DNA of 64,000 bases from Candidatus Poribacteria bacterium (GCA_965197475.1 CBDANF010000003.1:1824001-1888000); one strand, 5' to 3'; shown: positions 51,079 through 60,919, numbered from the stretch's first letter. Numbers and translations: made by a program. The notes: generated by a model not told the origin, from the sequence alone.

Positions 51079-52281
51079 TCAATTAGGGTTAGAGACAAGA
51101 CCTATCCCCGACGCAATCGCTTTATCCCAATCAGCAGTAAACACCCACCAATTTGTCATATCCGTATTCTTATATTGAATCCCATTCTTATGTCCAGGCA
51201 TATTTTGCATCCAATAGATATACCACTGTGACTCTATTCGTTGCGGAATTTTTTTGGGATCAGAGTCTGGCCATGCATACTTCAATTTTCCATAAGTATT
51301 GACGTTAACTAATTTCTTTGCTCCACTATTATCTGGTGTCCAATCTTCAATATCGCTTTCGACGAGTGTCATCGTTTCAGTATAGTCATAGTGTTTTACC
51401 GTATTTGGTGGCATGTGTGTCCAACCTGCGCGCCCGGTAATGAAGTTCCCATTTTCGTCTTGCCCAACAAATTTTTTCCAAAAGAGATCAGTATTGCCAT
51501 ATTGTAAATGATTGACGTGGCTCAATATTGCTTCTAATTGATGCCCGTGATTGTGTACCGCTTCTGCGTGGCTTCGTCTGAAGTTTTGCCCATAGACGGT
51601 ATAAGTAGAATTGTAGATAGGCAGATCCGTGTTATCTCGGTTGCTGTTGGAGATATCCCCCGTCAGTGGACTTGACATATTCGATTCCCACCAATTTCTA
51701 AAATCTTCAGGTTTATGGATAGCAGGGTCATAACATGGAAAATCAGAATTCACAGCACCCATCCATATCCATATCTCTTTGACACCTAAATCGTTGACAT
51801 AATGTTTCATGTTGAAGCGTTCAAAAATTTTATGATAATCAGGAGCGTAGAGAGGGGTACCATCCTTTAAATGGTCACAGACCGGTCCTTGCGGTGTTTG
51901 TTCATAAACGGTAATGTATTCTACCACACGATAATCGATTGATGGGACAGCAGCAGGATTTTTATAACCTCTGAACCGTGTTCCTTCTTCAAGCATGAAC
52001 TTTACCCGTTTATCAAAAAGATCAATTTTTGTCTTGAGCTCCGCTAAGGTAATTTCACCTAAATCCCAAAAATCGGGTGCTTTTGACACATCCACATTTA
52101 TACCGTCTGTTGTCGGTATAAATCTCATTATGACCACTGGGATTTCATTGATATGCCCTGGGGCGGGGGTAGCTAAATAAGGGTCAATTTTTTCAAATAC
52201 TGGAGGAATTTCCTCTGCAAATCCGTGCGTTGAATTCATTAGCATCATGATGAGCGCGCATCCTAATAAAATAGTCTTCAT
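51079..52281 (-). CDS. Secreted hypothetical protein, possible metallohydrolase
   Basis: Signal peptide; AEAVHNHGHQLE and GWTHMPPN His motifs. Confidence 0.7.
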   Translation of the reverse strand: MKTILLGCALIMMLMNSTHGFAEEIPPVFEKIDPYLATPAPGHINEIPVVIMRFIPTTDGINVDVSKAPDFWDLGEITLAELKTKIDLFDKRVKFMLEEGTRFRGYKNPAAVPSIDYRVVEYITVYEQTPQGPVCDHLKDGTPLYAPDYHKIFERFNMKHYVNDLGVKEIWIWMGAVNSDFPCYDPAIHKPEDFRNWWESNMSSPLTGDISNSNRDNTDLPIYNSTYTVYGQNFRRSHAEAVHNHGHQLEAILSHVNHLQYGNTDLFWKKFVGQDENGNFITGRAGWTHMPPNTVKHYDYTETMTLVESDIEDWTPDNSGAKKLVNVNTYGKLKYAWPDSDPKKIPQRIESQWYIYWMQNMPGHKNGIQYKNTDMTNWWVFTADWDKAIASGIGLVSNPN

Positions 52282-52419
52282 TTTGTGTATTGAAACGATA
52301 TCGTATAAAAAGAATCCTCATGTGCCTTGTAGCGCATGAGGATTAAAATAATATCAAATATGGTTAAATAAAAGTTTTCACAAACAGAAATGTGAAAGTA
52401 ATTCCAAATCCTAATCAAT

Positions 52420-52785
52420 TTATTCATCAAGTAGTTGTGCTGTAAAACGAGGCTTTTCACCAACTTCTTCAATTGCTTCAACTGCATCAATTAAAGTTGT
52501 CGTTTTAACTTTGTCTTTCTCAACTTTCAAAACGACCTTTTCGTCTGCTTGTGAAACACTGACGACCTCGGTAACACCTGCAACCTTACTAAGTGCATCC
52601 TGCACTTTACTGGTACAAGCACCTCAGACCATACCTGTTACGGTTAAGCTGATTTCTTCGATTGGAACATTTACCTCAGATTGTTGCGTCTCTTCCGATG
52701 GTTTCTCTGTAGTATCTTTTTGCTGGTTAGCACATCCAAAAACGACTACCAGCGCAAATAGGCAGATAAGTGCTTTTTTTAACAT
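52420..52785 (-). CDS. HMA (CopZ/MerP-like) lipoprotein, putative selenoprotein (GMV-U-GAC)
   Basis: AAGGA RBS and ATG at 52785; lipobox VFGC; in-frame TGA at 52624-52626 in the first-Cys position of GMxCxxC; HMA fold continues to TAA at 52420. Confidence 0.85.
52591..52607 (-). promoter_or_regulatory. Putative bacterial SECIS hairpin
   Basis: AAGUGCA-GGA-UGCACUU; loop starts after 23 nt downstream of UGA. Confidence 0.75.
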
Positions 52786-52917
52786 TTCAATAGATTCCTT
52801 CTTAAATATCTGATTTGGCACAAATAGTTAATAAAAATTTTTAAGTCTTATAACGGATATATTTATTGTTGTCCGAATTGTGTTACATACTGGACAATTA
52901 GCACAATATGACAGATG

Positions 52918-52939
52918 AAGGGCGAGAGACCTCGCCCTT
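52918..52939 (-). terminator. Hairpin between the two HMA genes
   Basis: aagggcgag-agac-ctcgccctt. Confidence 0.5.
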
Positions 52940-52951
52940 GCAAGTCAGTCG

Positions 52952-53335
52952 TTAGTTTACGACAGAAGCCGTAAAGCGAGGATCTGCTTCAACAGCTTTA
53001 ATCAGAGCATCGTTTGTAACTTTGCCCTTTTCAACTTTAACGACAGCCTTCTTGGTGGATCTGTCAACACTGATAACCTCGGTGACACCCGTGACCTGAC
53101 TGAGTGCAGACTGCACTGCAGGGGGACACGCGCCTCATGTCATGCCCTCCACCAGAAGTGTCACTTCCTGAAAGGCAGCTTTTTGCGGAGTTGGAACCGT
53201 TGTTTCGTCCATCGGTTTTTCATCCGTAGCCATTGTGGTTTCTTCTGGCATTTCTGCCTGCTTACCGACCATACCACAACCCATCAGGAATGCAAAGGTA
53301 ACGAGGGAAATCAGCATTAATCTCGCGATATACAT
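52952..53335 (-). CDS. HMA (CopZ/MerP-like) lipoprotein paralog, putative selenoprotein (GMT-U-GAC)
   Basis: AAGGAGG RBS; lipobox LMGC; in-frame TGA at 53135-53137; continues GACPPAVQSALSQVTGV...ALIKAVE to TAA at 52952. Confidence 0.85.
53100..53121 (-). promoter_or_regulatory. Putative bacterial SECIS hairpin
   Basis: CUG-c-AGUGCA-GUC-UGCACU-CAG; loop starts after 23 nt downstream of UGA. Confidence 0.75.
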
Positions 53336-53554
53336 CGTTTTACCTCCTTCGTAAAATTACATCACCATTTTAACATATTTTAAATTATCATGTCAAGTCC
53401 TTTTTACTATGAACCCGATTTCTAACATCTTACAAGACAAGATGATGTCTACTGTACTGAAATTTAAGGTTGTTATACTTCTATGTATTTAATCTTGATC
53501 GGGGTTTGGGATGATATAAGGATCAGAATCATAGGTTTGGAGAATTATTGACTT

Positions 53555-54337
53555 TTAAGCTTTTTCTCTGTGTGCATCAAGGAATGGAAAGACCTTTTGT
53601 ATCCGTTGAAGCTGCTTGTGAATCGCAGCTGCCCGTTCAAATTGAAGCCTCGCAGAAGCACTATTCCGTTTTGTTACGAGATTAGCCTGTACTTTTTCAT
53701 ACTCTCCCTCCAGTAAGTTTACGATATTCATTATCATTTCTCCGTAGAGTTCGCGAGTGATGAGTGCAGCACAAGGCGCATAGCAACGTTTCATGTCGTA
53801 TTGTAAGCATGCCCGGTAACCTACAAGAGGTGTTATGATTTCTTGACAAGTACGAATCATGAAAATCCGTTGCAACACATCAATCGCCTCATCTGTCCAT
53901 CGCCGACTCGATAACGGACCGAAGTATCTGGCGTTATCTGCTTGAATTTCTGGAACCCTTTCAAGACGTGGAAAATCCTCTCCAACGTCTATCCGAATAT
54001 ACCATGTCTGAATTCCATACTTCAAAGCCGAATTATATGATGGCTGATGCTCTTTAATTAAACGTGATTCTAAGAAGAGTGCCTCTTGTTCTGATTGGCA
54101 AATCTGATAACGGACAGACGTTGTCCATCGAATAAGCCGTTTGATTTTGGAGCGTCGATTTTTCGTATTATGGACGTAGGAACGTACGCGCTTGCGTAAA
54201 CATTTCGCTTTGCCGATATATAGGATTTTGCCCGAAGTACCTTGAAAAAAGTAGACACCCGGATCCGATGGAATGTCTTGGACCATTTCTTTCGTTAGCA
54301 TTTCAGTTTCCGTTAAGGTCTTTACAAGTAAAAACAA
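53555..54337 (-). CDS. GIY-YIG nuclease, UvrC N-terminal/Cho-like
   Basis: PGVY..YIGKAK.LR.RV.SY, LE..LIK..P.YN, YFGP, Cys cluster, FERAA UVR motif. Confidence 0.88.
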   Translation of the reverse strand: MFLLVKTLTETEMLTKEMVQDIPSDPGVYFFQGTSGKILYIGKAKCLRKRVRSYVHNTKNRRSKIKRLIRWTTSVRYQICQSEQEALFLESRLIKEHQPSYNSALKYGIQTWYIRIDVGEDFPRLERVPEIQADNARYFGPLSSRRWTDEAIDVLQRIFMIRTCQEIITPLVGYRACLQYDMKRCYAPCAALITRELYGEMIMNIVNLLEGEYEKVQANLVTKRNSASARLQFERAAAIHKQLQRIQKVFPFLDAHREKA

Positions 54338-54575
54338 TACATGATGGGGTGGAAATCTGCCTATACAAAATCGTCTAAAGAGGACTTGACATCGTATTGA
54401 GTTTCTGCTAAATTGCTATTTTAGAAATACAAAGTAGTGAAGTGGATTCTTGTATTGTCAACCCAGAAATTCCCTACAACGCCATTGGCAGCATAGTTTC
54501 CCTACTATTCATAAACCTTCTAATTAATGACTACGTTTATTAATTAGAAGTGGTTACAAAATTTTGCATTTTTTT

Positions 54576-54689
54576 TACGATTTACGCATTTTGCCTGTTT
54601 TCAACCGCCCCCGCGTTTGTAGTAGCACAATTCATTGTGTGTTCGTTAGAGCGAGTGCGTCAAATTTGTCGCACGCTGCATAAGTCCTG
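54576..54689. mobile_element. Degenerate MITE of the AGGACTTACGCA-TIR family
   Basis: tacgatttacgca ... tgcataagtcctg; internal gtagtagcacaattcattgtgt hairpin. Confidence 0.5.
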
Positions 54690-54770
54690 TATTTGTAAGA
54701 ATCCCAAAAATACTTGCTGTTGATACCATTTTTATTTCCTGCTAAATTGTTATTTCAAGGAGGATGATCA

Positions 54771-55511
54771 ATGAAATGGATTTTTTGTTTGTTAATTGGA
54801 TGTTTTTGTATTGGCATGAGAGCAGTCTCAGCAAATTTATTGGACGATGCTGTTGGTATTTGGCTATTTGATGAGAGAGAAGGTGGAGTTACTGAGGATA
54901 CATCTGGAAACAAAAACGATGGAACCGTTAGTGGTGCAAAATGGGTGGAAGGAAAATTTGGTGGTGCGTTAGAATTTGAACCTCCACACGTCGTTACGGT
55001 TAAACATTCAGATAGCCTTACTTTCAAAGAACAGATGACCATCGCAACTTGGGTTTACCTGAACGACGGGGTTTCAGATACCGCTATACGTCGTAACGGA
55101 GCGTATCTATTGGAGGTGCAAGGTCCGGGAGAACAGGTGCCTGGTGCCTATGTCTTCGGCATTTGGTCAGGTGGTGGATTTACGGGCGGTGTTTGGAGAA
55201 AAACGGTTGTAGAATCTGAGAAATGGTATCATATTGTCGGTCTTTATGACGGTAAAGAGATGCGACTCTATGTTGATGGCACCTTTGAAGCAACTACTAA
55301 ACAAGTAGGTGACATAGATAATGCTGGCGACCTGCTTTTCGGAACATTTGGAGGCGAAAAATTCATCGGCAGATTGGATGAAGTCATTTTCTTCAATCGA
55401 GCAATAACGGAAGCGGAGATCGCGGAATTGATGCAAGGTGCACATGTTACCCTTCCTGTGTCACCAGAACGGATGCTCACAACTATATGGGGACGACTCA
55501 AAAACCAATAA
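54771..55511 (+). CDS. LamG/concanavalin-A-like domain secreted protein
   Basis: W.FDE..G....DTSGN, GKFGGALEF, WYHI..YDG..LYVDG, GRLDEV; tail VSPERMLTTIWGRLK. Confidence 0.9.
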   Translation: MKWIFCLLIGCFCIGMRAVSANLLDDAVGIWLFDEREGGVTEDTSGNKNDGTVSGAKWVEGKFGGALEFEPPHVVTVKHSDSLTFKEQMTIATWVYLNDGVSDTAIRRNGAYLLEVQGPGEQVPGAYVFGIWSGGGFTGGVWRKTVVESEKWYHIVGLYDGKEMRLYVDGTFEATTKQVGDIDNAGDLLFGTFGGEKFIGRLDEVIFFNRAITEAEIAELMQGAHVTLPVSPERMLTTIWGRLKNQ

Positions 55512-55531
55512 ATGAAGGAGGAAAATATCCT

Positions 55532-56386
55532 GTGTTGCGATGGGAACCGAGCACTGAGCAGAAATCACAGTATGAAACCGAAGGGTACTTTATCCTTCGC
55601 AACGTCATTTCGTGTGACCTCGCCGCTGAACTTCGTGGGGTAATTCGTAATGTACTTATGCTTCCAGAACCCGGTGCAAAAGCTGATATTGACCCGATGG
55701 ATCCGATGGAGGATTCTCCACAAGGACGGATTGCGCGCTACCGCAAACTGGGCAACTTCTGTGTTCAATCACCTCTTATTTGGCATAACATTCACGCTGG
55801 TGAAAAATTGCTCAACATTGCGCGCTATTTTCTCGGTGATGATATTATTGTCAAGTTCAACAGTTGTTTCCTCAAACCTGCACGCACTGGTAGTACTACG
55901 CCTTGGCATCAAGATAACGGGCTTTGGCGCGATGGTGAGACAGAACCGTTCAACCTCTGGATGCCGCTTGAACCTGCAACGCGAGAAAATGGATGTATGC
56001 AGTTTATCCCCGGTAGCCACAAAACAGAGATCATTGAGCATGTGTTGTATCCAGATAGCATCCACGGTGAACTTCCACGTGAGGCAGTTAAAAATATGCG
56101 CCAAAAACACGGTGTACATCACATTGAATTGGAGCCCGGTGATGTTGTCTTTTGGCACAGCAGTATGTGGCACTACAGTCCCCCGAATAAAAGTGATCAG
56201 AGTCGTATTGCTGTTGCTGGAGTCTGGACAAACCCTGCGATCGCCAAAACGAGCAAACGTTTCTGGCATAACTTCCGCTGGGCAATGAAAAGCGGTAAAG
56301 TCTGTACCCAATTTCCGCCAGAACCTGTTCCGATGGAAAATAACAATGCTGAAAAACCGAAACCGTTTCTTGCTGTCAAGGAATAA
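55532..56386 (+). CDS. Phytanoyl-CoA dioxygenase (PhyH) family 2OG-Fe(II) oxygenase
   Basis: WHQD, NGCMQFIPGSH, GDVVFWH..WH.S.PN.S..SR; GGAGG RBS before GTG at 55532. Confidence 0.9.
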   Translation: MLRWEPSTEQKSQYETEGYFILRNVISCDLAAELRGVIRNVLMLPEPGAKADIDPMDPMEDSPQGRIARYRKLGNFCVQSPLIWHNIHAGEKLLNIARYFLGDDIIVKFNSCFLKPARTGSTTPWHQDNGLWRDGETEPFNLWMPLEPATRENGCMQFIPGSHKTEIIEHVLYPDSIHGELPREAVKNMRQKHGVHHIELEPGDVVFWHSSMWHYSPPNKSDQSRIAVAGVWTNPAIAKTSKRFWHNFRWAMKSGKVCTQFPPEPVPMENNNAEKPKPFLAVKE

Positions 56387-56389
56387 CAA

Positions 56390-57709
56390 ATGCAAAAACC
56401 GGACATTGTTGTTTACCTGTCTGATGACCATGGGTGGGAATACCTTGGTTGCTACGGAAACACGCATATCCAAACACCGCACTTAGATCGCATTGCAAAA
56501 GAAGGGATGCGTTTTACACATGCTTTTACGCCGACTCCAACGTGTGTTCCTTCCCGTTCGACTCTGTACACCGGACTCTATCCTGCTCGGCATGGGGCAA
56601 TGGGAAATCACACGGAATGTAATTCAACACTTGAAGCGTTGCCGAAAATGCTCAGAAAACTCGGTTATCGTGTGGCAATTGCAGGAAAAACGCATGTGAA
56701 ACCAGAAACGCTTTTTGATTTTGAGTATGTCGGTGGATTTCCTCCGAAGCGTGCAGAACATGCCCGGAAATATCGCGCAGAAGGTCTTGATACCGCACCG
56801 GTTGAAAGTTTTCTTTCAACACATCGGCAAGAAAATCCAGACCAACCAATCTGTCTTATCCTTGGGGATAGCAACTTGCACGTCACATGGGAACCGAATA
56901 AAATCTATAACCCCGATGCTTTGCCACTGCCTCCGTATTTTGCAGATACGCTGATCGCTCGAAAAGCACTTGCTAACTATTATCAGGACATTACTACAAT
57001 GGATATCCGCATCGGTAAAATTGATAGAATGTTGGAAACGCACGGATATGCAGACAACACACTTTTCATTTATACAACCGATCACGGTTCCGAGTGGCCG
57101 CATTGCAAATGGACATTGTATGATACCGGTATTCGTCTACCGTTTATCGCAAGGTGGCGCGGTGTGCTTCCCGCTGCAACCGTTACCGATGCGATGATTT
57201 CCCATATCGATTTTCTGCCAACACTTATAGATATTGCTGGCGGTGAACCGTCAGAAGATTTAGATGGTAGAAGTTTTAAGGATATTTTGTGTGGACAGCA
57301 GGCAACTTTTCGTGATAAAATTTACGGTACGCATACACGTGACGGGGATATGAACGTCTTCCCGCAACGATGCGTCCGAGATAATCAATACAAATATATT
57401 TTGAACCTGATGCCCGAAAATAGATGGACAACTCATTTTACTGAGGTTGAAGGAATTCCAGAAAGCCATGCAGAGGTGTGGAACAGTTGGGTGGAAAAGG
57501 CGAAAAGCGACCCGAAAACTGCTCAACTTGTTTACTTGACACAACACCACCCTGTTGAGGAACTGTATGATGTCCATGCGGATCCGTCCGAATTCAACAA
57601 TTTAGCATTTGAGGCAACATCGCGCCCTACACTTGAAAAAATGCGCGCCGATGTGTTGCAATGGATGCAATCACAAGGAGATAAAGGAGAATCTGAAAAT
57701 GAAAAATAA
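56390..57709 (+). CDS. Sulfatase (formylglycine-dependent)
   Basis: SDDHG, CVPSRSTLYTG, GKTH, TDHG motifs. Confidence 0.93.
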   Translation: MQKPDIVVYLSDDHGWEYLGCYGNTHIQTPHLDRIAKEGMRFTHAFTPTPTCVPSRSTLYTGLYPARHGAMGNHTECNSTLEALPKMLRKLGYRVAIAGKTHVKPETLFDFEYVGGFPPKRAEHARKYRAEGLDTAPVESFLSTHRQENPDQPICLILGDSNLHVTWEPNKIYNPDALPLPPYFADTLIARKALANYYQDITTMDIRIGKIDRMLETHGYADNTLFIYTTDHGSEWPHCKWTLYDTGIRLPFIARWRGVLPAATVTDAMISHIDFLPTLIDIAGGEPSEDLDGRSFKDILCGQQATFRDKIYGTHTRDGDMNVFPQRCVRDNQYKYILNLMPENRWTTHFTEVEGIPESHAEVWNSWVEKAKSDPKTAQLVYLTQHHPVEELYDVHADPSEFNNLAFEATSRPTLEKMRADVLQWMQSQGDKGESENEK

Positions 57710-58289
57710 ACTTATTAATGAACTTGTTTACGTTGCGCTAATCGTCGCGACGCTTATGTGTTTGGCTTGTATTGATACTGACGTGCTTATTGATATTACA
57801 AACCCACAGGAGGACACACCGTTACCGCCAGGGGAAGGGTTGGCAGAAGGTGCAACAGCACCAGCATTTTTGCTTCCGGATGCTGATGGCAATTTACTTT
57901 CACTTTCCAACTATGCTGGTCAAAAGTTAGTAATTGTTTTCTATGCCACTGGGACGTGAACGGTCTGTCGATCGCAACTCGGTGAGTTGCAAACAGGATA
58001 TGAAGATATTAAAGCGGGAGGTGTTGAACTGATTGCAATTAGTAGTGATACTCAGTTTGGTACGGGTAATACGCGGCAGGACCTACAAATTACTTTTCCG
58101 CTGCTTTCGGACGGGGACTTGGAAGCTATAACTGATTACAACGTGGTTGAACAAGCTACTCCATTTTTGGCACGTCCTACTACTTACATTATTGATGAAA
58201 GTGGTATAATCGTATGGAAAGACATTGGTGTAAGGTTCGGTCATCGTACTACTTCAGGAGAGATTATCGCAGCATTGCAAGGATTGTAG
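57699..58289 (+). CDS. Peroxiredoxin-like (AhpC/TSA/redoxin) lipoprotein, putative selenoprotein (U-TVC)
   Basis: AAGGAG RBS and ATG at 57699; APAFLLPD..VIVFY, in-frame TGA at 57957-57959, then TVCRSQLGEL..AISSD..FPLLSD..RPTTYIID. Confidence 0.88.
57974..57990 (+). promoter_or_regulatory. Putative bacterial SECIS hairpin
   Basis: GCAACUC-GGU-GAGUUGC; loop starts after 21 nt downstream of UGA; lower stem UCUGU/ACAGG. Confidence 0.78.
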
Positions 58290-58479
58290 ACGTTATTTAA
58301 AATGATGACAGTACTTTTGATTATTAGTCAAATTTACAATTAGCATTATAATATTGTGTTGTAGGAGGGAACTCCGATTCCCGACTATCAGCGTAACTAC
58401 TTGTTGTTCGGAGATCGCTCCCGTCAAATGCCTATGAACAGACCTTACACAATTATTGTACATAATGATTAGGAATTAA

Positions 58480-58824
58480 CAATCTATCGCGGAATTGACC
58501 CTCTGTCCCTGACAATGATAATGTTGACGTTCAAGTCACCTTCCGAACGGAGAGAATTTCTCTGCAGTCTTTTTCACCCTTCAAAACATTGAAACCTTAA
58601 TGGAACGTTACAAAAAGACTGGAGAATGTGCTGACGGTCTCTATTTTTGGGCATCTGATATGGTAATTGTTCAACAACTTTCTGAAAAAACTATCTGTGC
58701 GACAATTGACAAGCTGTTAGCTGAAGATGAGTTTGAGTCTGTTTTTTCCAAAAATCAAAAATCTACAGAAATTTCTTCTAATAATGAAGAAGTTTATTTC
58801 AGACGCTTCAATGAATCGTTGTAA
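58480..58824 (+). pseudogene. Frameshifted remnant of a small hypothetical gene
   Basis: DNDNVDVQVTF.. frameshifted into FFTLQNIETLMERYKKTGEC.DGLYFWASDM. Confidence 0.45.
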
Positions 58825-58936
58825 ACTATGTTGTACACTTTACTGTTTCGTAAAACGCATGTAACGGAGTCTTGTAATCTTTGGGATTCATGGGATTTTT
58901 TGGTTTGCATGTGTTTTGGAAGCACTTAGTTGGATG

Positions 58937-59680
58937 CTATCTCGTTAACAGATCGGGCGTGAAATCCTTGAAAATAATCCTATCAGGCAAATCTGCTATA
59001 TCAACGTACCAAATTTTATCAACTCCGACTGGCAGACCATTTGGGTAAGCTTCCCGTATTGCATTCAGTATTTCCCAACCCTGGACATCCATAAGAGCAA
59101 CATCATTGCTTTCTATGAGAAGTACCGTTATCTTGCTAAGGTCTTTATAACTTTGGAGTTTTTTTGCCTTTATATCAAGTAGCTTCTTGATGCGTTCGGA
59201 AAGATTAGTGTTGTCTGGTGGAAAACGACCAAAGCGAACACATGGTAGCAAGTCATATCCCTTGATAACATGGAACGGAAAGGGGATATCAGGGGCGTTT
59301 TTAACCCAATGAGGACCATTTGCTAAGCGTGAATTATCTATTTCTTGACTAATCCAACTCTTGAATCCCTGGCGAATCTTTCTCCAGTCTTGTCCTTTTG
59401 TGATGACCCCATCGTAAAAGTTAATGTCAAGACGAAACGAAAGTTGATCGGAGAATTCTTCTATAAGACCTCCGGTGACTCGCATGAACCAATCATTATT
59501 GCGACGCTGATTCGGGATTGTATCAATGCTTGTATGCTCAATTGCAAAAGGTCCGGCAATTGCATCTATATCAGAAGAACTTCGATTTTCCTTATCAGGG
59601 TAAGAAGTGACTGTAAGTTCTGGATAACCGTTCTTCCGTAAATGTTTTATGAATGCATCAATGATGTCATAATCCTGCAT
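58937..59680 (-). CDS. Hypothetical protein, possible PD-(D/E)XK-like fold
   Basis: 247-aa ORF; PD.....DIDA....AIEHT pattern. Confidence 0.6.
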   Translation of the reverse strand: MQDYDIIDAFIKHLRKNGYPELTVTSYPDKENRSSSDIDAIAGPFAIEHTSIDTIPNQRRNNDWFMRVTGGLIEEFSDQLSFRLDINFYDGVITKGQDWRKIRQGFKSWISQEIDNSRLANGPHWVKNAPDIPFPFHVIKGYDLLPCVRFGRFPPDNTNLSERIKKLLDIKAKKLQSYKDLSKITVLLIESNDVALMDVQGWEILNAIREAYPNGLPVGVDKIWYVDIADLPDRIIFKDFTPDLLTR

Positions 59681-59706
59681 AAAATTTTGCTTGGCTTATC
59701 TTGTCT

Positions 59707-60483
59707 CTACCGTAGCAGATCAGGTTTTATTTCTAATTCCAGCTGAAACTTGATTTGCTGCGCTTCCATTATTGTCAGTAGGTGTTGTATCGCCAGCCAT
59801 CCTCCCGCTTTTGGATCTGTTTCTATTAGAAATCTGTCCTCCAGTTCTCCGCACCCCAACTCGTCATCACTAAAAACCCCTTTCGGAATTTCCATCCACT
59901 TCATTACCTGCTCTGATGGGAGGTGATGAAGCTCACTTATCTGTATCTCCAGATCCTGGTCGTTTAGTCCTATATAAGCTGTATCTTCCATTATTTCATT
60001 ACTGTGATTCTCCAGATACCACATCATCAGATCAAGTAAATATAGGCGGTCCTTGCTCCCCGTTCCCGTCAATGGGCGTTTCCAAGCCATTGACGGTATC
60101 TGATAAAAATCGTTAGAATTTTCTGGTACCTGTGTTAGTAGAAATTTTGCTTTCTGGTTAATAGGATGTTTGTTTAGTGCCAAGCGTTCACGACTCTTGG
60201 AGTATAGTTCTTTAAGCAATTCTTTTGCCTTACCCACCGAGCACCTAAAGAATTCTCGATTAGAAGCGACACGGTCCTCTGCAAGTTTACTGTGCATTTC
60301 ACTTTCTAGTCGGATATACTCCTCAGAAGACAATTCAAAGGCAACCTTAAACGGTGTTGGAATTCCAGTTGAATTTGAAAGATCTTTCGCCCGGGTAGAA
60401 CTTTTACGAGCTGTCCTACCAATTTTTATTAGGTCTGGCATTGAGTCATTTACCAAGATATAAACATAGCCCATAACGATCAC
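59707..60483 (-). CDS. T5orf172/GIY-YIG-like domain protein
   Basis: GYVYIL.N.SMP.LIKIG.T..R..L...TG.PTPF..E..H..L..R..REFF. Confidence 0.85.
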   Translation of the reverse strand: MIVMGYVYILVNDSMPDLIKIGRTARKSSTRAKDLSNSTGIPTPFKVAFELSSEEYIRLESEMHSKLAEDRVASNREFFRCSVGKAKELLKELYSKSRERLALNKHPINQKAKFLLTQVPENSNDFYQIPSMAWKRPLTGTGSKDRLYLLDLMMWYLENHSNEIMEDTAYIGLNDQDLEIQISELHHLPSEQVMKWMEIPKGVFSDDELGCGELEDRFLIETDPKAGGWLAIQHLLTIMEAQQIKFQLELEIKPDLLR

Positions 60484-60595
60484 CTCGAATTTTCAGAAAA
60501 ATATAGTGTAGGCACAGACCTATTGCAATTGAATTGTAGTGTCCAAAATAGCAGAAATATTCTGGACCATTCAGTAGTAGTGTTAATTCTTATTC

Positions 60596-60919
60596 CTATG
60601 GGAAATCTATGGCCTCTGTCAATTCTGATCCGCCTACTAAGATCGGCATACCCCGCAGCACGCCACGATTTGGTGTACAGACAAGATAGGTATTTGACTT
60701 AAGTATTGCAATCACAAGTTCCCCGTTACGCGGATCAGGTTTCCCAACCTCCACATAGTAGTCCTCACCATGCTTATGATAGGCAATACTAAAGATACGC
60801 TGATCTGAAACATCCCATCCTAAGTTTTTTTCTGCAAACTTCTTGACAGATTCCCAGACTTCTTCCGCCTGGGCGTCGTCTTTTGCTTTGGGAATAAAAA
60901 ATTTCACTTCTGTAGTCAT
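60596..60919 (-). CDS. Hypothetical protein
   Basis: GAGG RBS before ATG at 60919; compact ORF. Confidence 0.6.
   Translation of the reverse strand: MTTEVKFFIPKAKDDAQAEEVWESVKKFAEKNLGWDVSDQRIFSIAYHKHGEDYYVEVGKPDPRNGELVIAILKSNTYLVCTPNRGVLRGMPILVGGSELTEAIDFP

Noticed and set aside
55650-56482. Long overlapping ORFs 55650-56288 (+) and 55769-56482 (-)
   Set aside because: Alternative-frame and antisense shadows of the PhyH gene with no recognisable motifs.
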